In this document: in pieces, positions 61,495 to 64,000 of the stretch
Layout of the letters: every line of letters begins with the position of its first letter
Position numbering within the stretch: position 1 is the first letter of the stretch
From: Rebecca billardiae RCC1528
Lineage: Eukaryota; Protista; Haptophyta
Assembly: GCA_965240325.2 (NCBI GenBank)
Contig: OZ251224.1
Coordinates: forward strand, 3,720,001-3,784,000
Length of the DNA: 64,000 nucleotides
Direction of reading: 5' to 3'
Notes under the pieces: generated by a model
Databases searched by the model: none
Told to the model about the DNA's origin: nothing
Seen by the model: only the letters and a program-made list of their open reading frames with translations
Made by a program: the position numbers and the translations under genes

Positions 61495-61880
61495 GTGTCA
61501 CATGCACGCCGTACGGCTGCTACGAGAGCAGTCTGAAACAGTCTGAAATACTATGGCAGCCATGCTGATCAGCATGGCGGTGTATATGTAACGCACGGGT
61601 GTAACGGCCGTTATCCCGTATTCTCACAGTGCCCGTATACGCCGTATATGTGACAATGGGTGTGCATGCTGCTGAAGACCTATGATCAGCTCATGAAAGT
61701 GCTATATCAAAGCGACGTCTGTTGACCCTATATATATCACGTTTAAGACGCCCGTTACATGGCCGTTACATTGGTCACAGGCCATTTCCAATAAGTAAAT
61801 AGGACCACCGTTACTCCCTATATATTTACAGCATGTACCACTGGTTTTTTAACCAGGCAGGCCAGGGGCCATCTCCTGGG
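61495..61880. mobile_element. AT-rich MITE-like relic with inverted TGTAACGG/CCGTTACA motifs
   Basis: tgtaacg and tgtaacggccgtta near 61587-61614 versus cccgttacatggccgttaca near 61751-61770; 20-bp perfect palindrome 61559-61578. Boundaries uncertain. Confidence 0.35.
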
Positions 61881-62051
61881 GCTGGAATCCAGCTCGAGAC
61901 GAAAGTAAACATCGCGCTATGAGCTCGCGCTCTGCGTCACTATAATCACACAGTGGCCAGTGGGCCCACCTAAGTCATATACGCGCAGAGTCGGACGAGT
62001 CGCAGTAGACGCGTATAGCTTGGTCATCATCAGCACTCACGCACGCAGTCG

Positions 62052-64000
62052 TCATCGGAAGGCGACTGATGACGACCGCTGCAGTCCGACGACAGACCTT
62101 CGGCCCAATCTGCTGGGGCTGCGGCTGACGCTGCGCCGGTCGCCGCCGGAGTCGGCGAGAATGGTGTCTTCGGGTGCGAGACCGTCGTCGTTGGCGGCTG
62201 GGTCCCGCTCGTCGTCGACACTGTAGCGCTCCGCCTCTGCCCGCTGCTCGTTGCCATCGTATCCATCCGCCGGCTGGCCCTGCGCCTGCAGCTCGGCGTC
62301 GTACTGCAGGAGCTGCTTGAGGTCGTGCTGGCTGTGCGCCTTGGACAGGCGCGCGCGCGGGAAGCTCGAGTGGCCAATCATCTCCAGCGCGAGGCCGGCA
62401 TGCGTGGCGATGGCTTCCGCGGCCGCGACGTCGGCCGTGCTGAAGAGGAGCAGCCCGCGACCCTCGTCCGCGCTCATCCTGCGCTTGTGGTGCGCGTGCT
62501 GCTCGTGCGCCAGCCTGTCCGTCAGCTGCAACACACCAAAGAGCTCACCGGCGCGCGACTTGATGAGCACCGCGATGCCTCCGCGCGCGCGGTCGAACCT
62601 GAGCATCGCCTCGCGGCGCACGTCCTCGTCCGCGCCGTTGAGGGCGGGCGTGCTGCGCGCGTGCGGCTCGCTGTGCTGCATCGCCGTGTCGCGCGCCTTG
62701 AGCAGCGGCTGCACCACCACCGTCGCGCCGCTCCCAATCGCGTTTGCAGCGAGGACGGCCGTCGAGCTGTCCGACTGCTCGGTGCGCCGCTGCTCGCGCC
62801 GGAGCTCGAAGCCGCTGGCGGTCTGGAGGGCGTCGCCCGGCGAGCTCCGCGCGGCGAGCCGGAGCCTGAGGGTGTCGCCGTCGACGAAGTAGATCGACGC
62901 GGCGCGCACGTGCAGCAGCGCCTCCGCGGCCGCCGCGAGCCGCTGCGCGTACGCGTGCGCGCGCATCGTCACCGAGCCGCGCCCGTTGGGCGCCTCCTCG
63001 AGCAGCGCGGTGCTCGTGAGCAGCAGCTCGTTGCGCATGTGCAGCTCGTTCGCGCGCTGGTCGGCCATCGAGACCGCGCGCATGCTCCGCGCGGCGCGGG
63101 CGAGGCTGAACGTCCGAATCAGCGCGCCGGTCAGCCTCGCCCACCGGTCGACCGTGCGCTTCTGCGCCGCGAGCACTGCGTCCGCGCGCAGAGCGAGCGC
63201 GGCGCTCGCGCCGAGCAGCACGGCCGCGGAGAGCTGCGGCGGTGCTGCGCGCGCCTTGTCCCACAGCGCGGTGCCGAGCGCTCCCGCCGCCGTCGGAGGC
63301 GGCGCCGGGGCGCCCTCCACGTCGAGCGCGACGATCAGCTGCTCGCCCGCCGCGATGTCGTGCGCGCTCACCGCCGCCCATCCGCGAACACCGTCCGCGT
63401 CGCGGAACGGTACGACGCGGCCGGCGCTGCCGCCGTCCAGCGCGCCTAGCACGCGCTGGAGCGCAGGGGGGGCGAGGGCGTGCTGCGGCACGGCGGCAGC
63501 GGGGGTCTCGGAGGGCGGCGGCTCTGCGCCGGCGCGATCGGCCCGCGCGATCGTAGCCACCATCATCTCCTCCGCGCCCCGGCCGTGTGCGGCTGTGGGC
63601 AGCTTGCCGCGCGCGCGCCGCAAAAGCGTCACCCCCTGCACGCCCGCGAGCCCCGCCGCGGCGCGCGCGGCGGCGGCGCACGCGGCCTCGCCGCCGCGGC
63701 TGTCTGCGAGCGCGACGGCGAGGTCACGCACGAGCCCTGCGCTCGCGCTCGCGTGCCGAGCTGCCTCGTCTTGCGCGCGCTCCACGACGGCGCGCGCGCG
63801 CGCGATGCCCTCGAGCCGAGCCTGGATGCTGCGCGCCAGCCAGCCGACGCGCGTCGCGTCAGCCGGCAGCCACGTCAGCGCCGCGCCGGCGGCGGAGCGG
63901 CCGCCGTCCGCGTCCGGCGCGGCGCCCATGGGCGGCGTGGAGGGCTCGCGCGACACGGAGCCCTCCGAGCGCTCCGAGCCCTGGTCGGCGTTGCTCGCCG
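62052..64000 (-). CDS. GAF-domain protein (5' end beyond window)
   Basis: ALLHVRAASIYFVDGDTLRL..AVLIKSRAGELFGVLQLTDR..FSTADVAAAEAIATHAGLAL; frame open to the window edge. Confidence 0.7.
   Translation of the reverse strand, partial: ASNADQGSERSEGSVSREPSTPPMGAAPDADGGRSAAGAALTWLPADATRVGWLARSIQARLEGIARARAVVERAQDEAARHASASAGLVRDLAVALADSRGGEAACAAAARAAAGLAGVQGVTLLRRARGKLPTAAHGRGAEEMMVATIARADRAGAEPPPSETPAAAVPQHALAPPALQRVLGALDGGSAGRVVPFRDADGVRGWAAVSAHDIAAGEQLIVALDVEGAPAPPPTAAGALGTALWDKARAAPPQLSAAVLLGASAALALRADAVLAAQKRTVDRWARLTGALIRTFSLARAARSMRAVSMADQRANELHMRNELLLTSTALLEEAPNGRGSVTMRAHAYAQRLAAAAEALLHVRAASIYFVDGDTLRLRLAARSSPGDALQTASGFELRREQRRTEQSDSSTAVLAANAIGSGATVVVQPLLKARDTAMQHSEPHARSTPALNGADEDVRREAMLRFDRARGGIAVLIKSRAGELFGVLQLTDRLAHEQHAHHKRRMSADEGRGLLLFSTADVAAAEAIATHAGLALEMIGHSSFPRARLSKAHSQHDLKQLLQYDAELQAQGQPADGYDGNEQRAEAERYSVDDERDPAANDDGLAPEDTILADSGGDRRSVSRSPSRLGRRSVVGLQRSSSVAFR

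Overview
Gene-dense, very GC-rich eukaryotic nuclear DNA. Short GC-rich spliceosomal introns (donors mostly GTGCGC, at least one GC donor; acceptors mostly (G/C)CGCAG), bipartite plastid-targeting presequences and flagellar genes suggest an alga with a secondary plastid, plausibly a haptophyte (inference). About 18 protein-coding genes can be reconstructed by hand: Der/EngA GTPase, a Sec14 + 2x tetraspanin-like + EBP/EXPERA fusion, TLDc protein, GON4L/DUO3-like protein, monoacylglycerol lipase, RlmH, MORN/RSPH1-like protein, RS + CCHC + DnaJ protein, a coiled-coil protein, BCP1/BCCIP, two tandem extensin-like membrane proteins, a WW-DH-PH-PDZ RhoGEF, a membrane-anchored ROXA/NO66-type JmjC oxygenase, TTLL9, a ~2,800-aa two-repeat CNBD-ankyrin cation channel, a METTL21-type methyltransferase, a putative glycosyltransferase and a GAF protein. 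Also present: two probable pseudogenes, a foldback transposon with ~390-bp TIRs and a 7-bp TSD, two MITE-like islands, microsatellites and a 100-N assembly gap. No rRNA, tRNA or CRISPR array was seen. Most interesting: the Sec14-tetraspanin-EBP fusion, the tandem channel with one intact and one degenerate K+ filter, the foldback element upstream of the JmjC gene, and a distinctive micro-palindrome/footprint-like sequence grammar found downstream of gene 3' ends. All domain calls are by-eye motif recognition, not database searches; exon boundaries are inferred.
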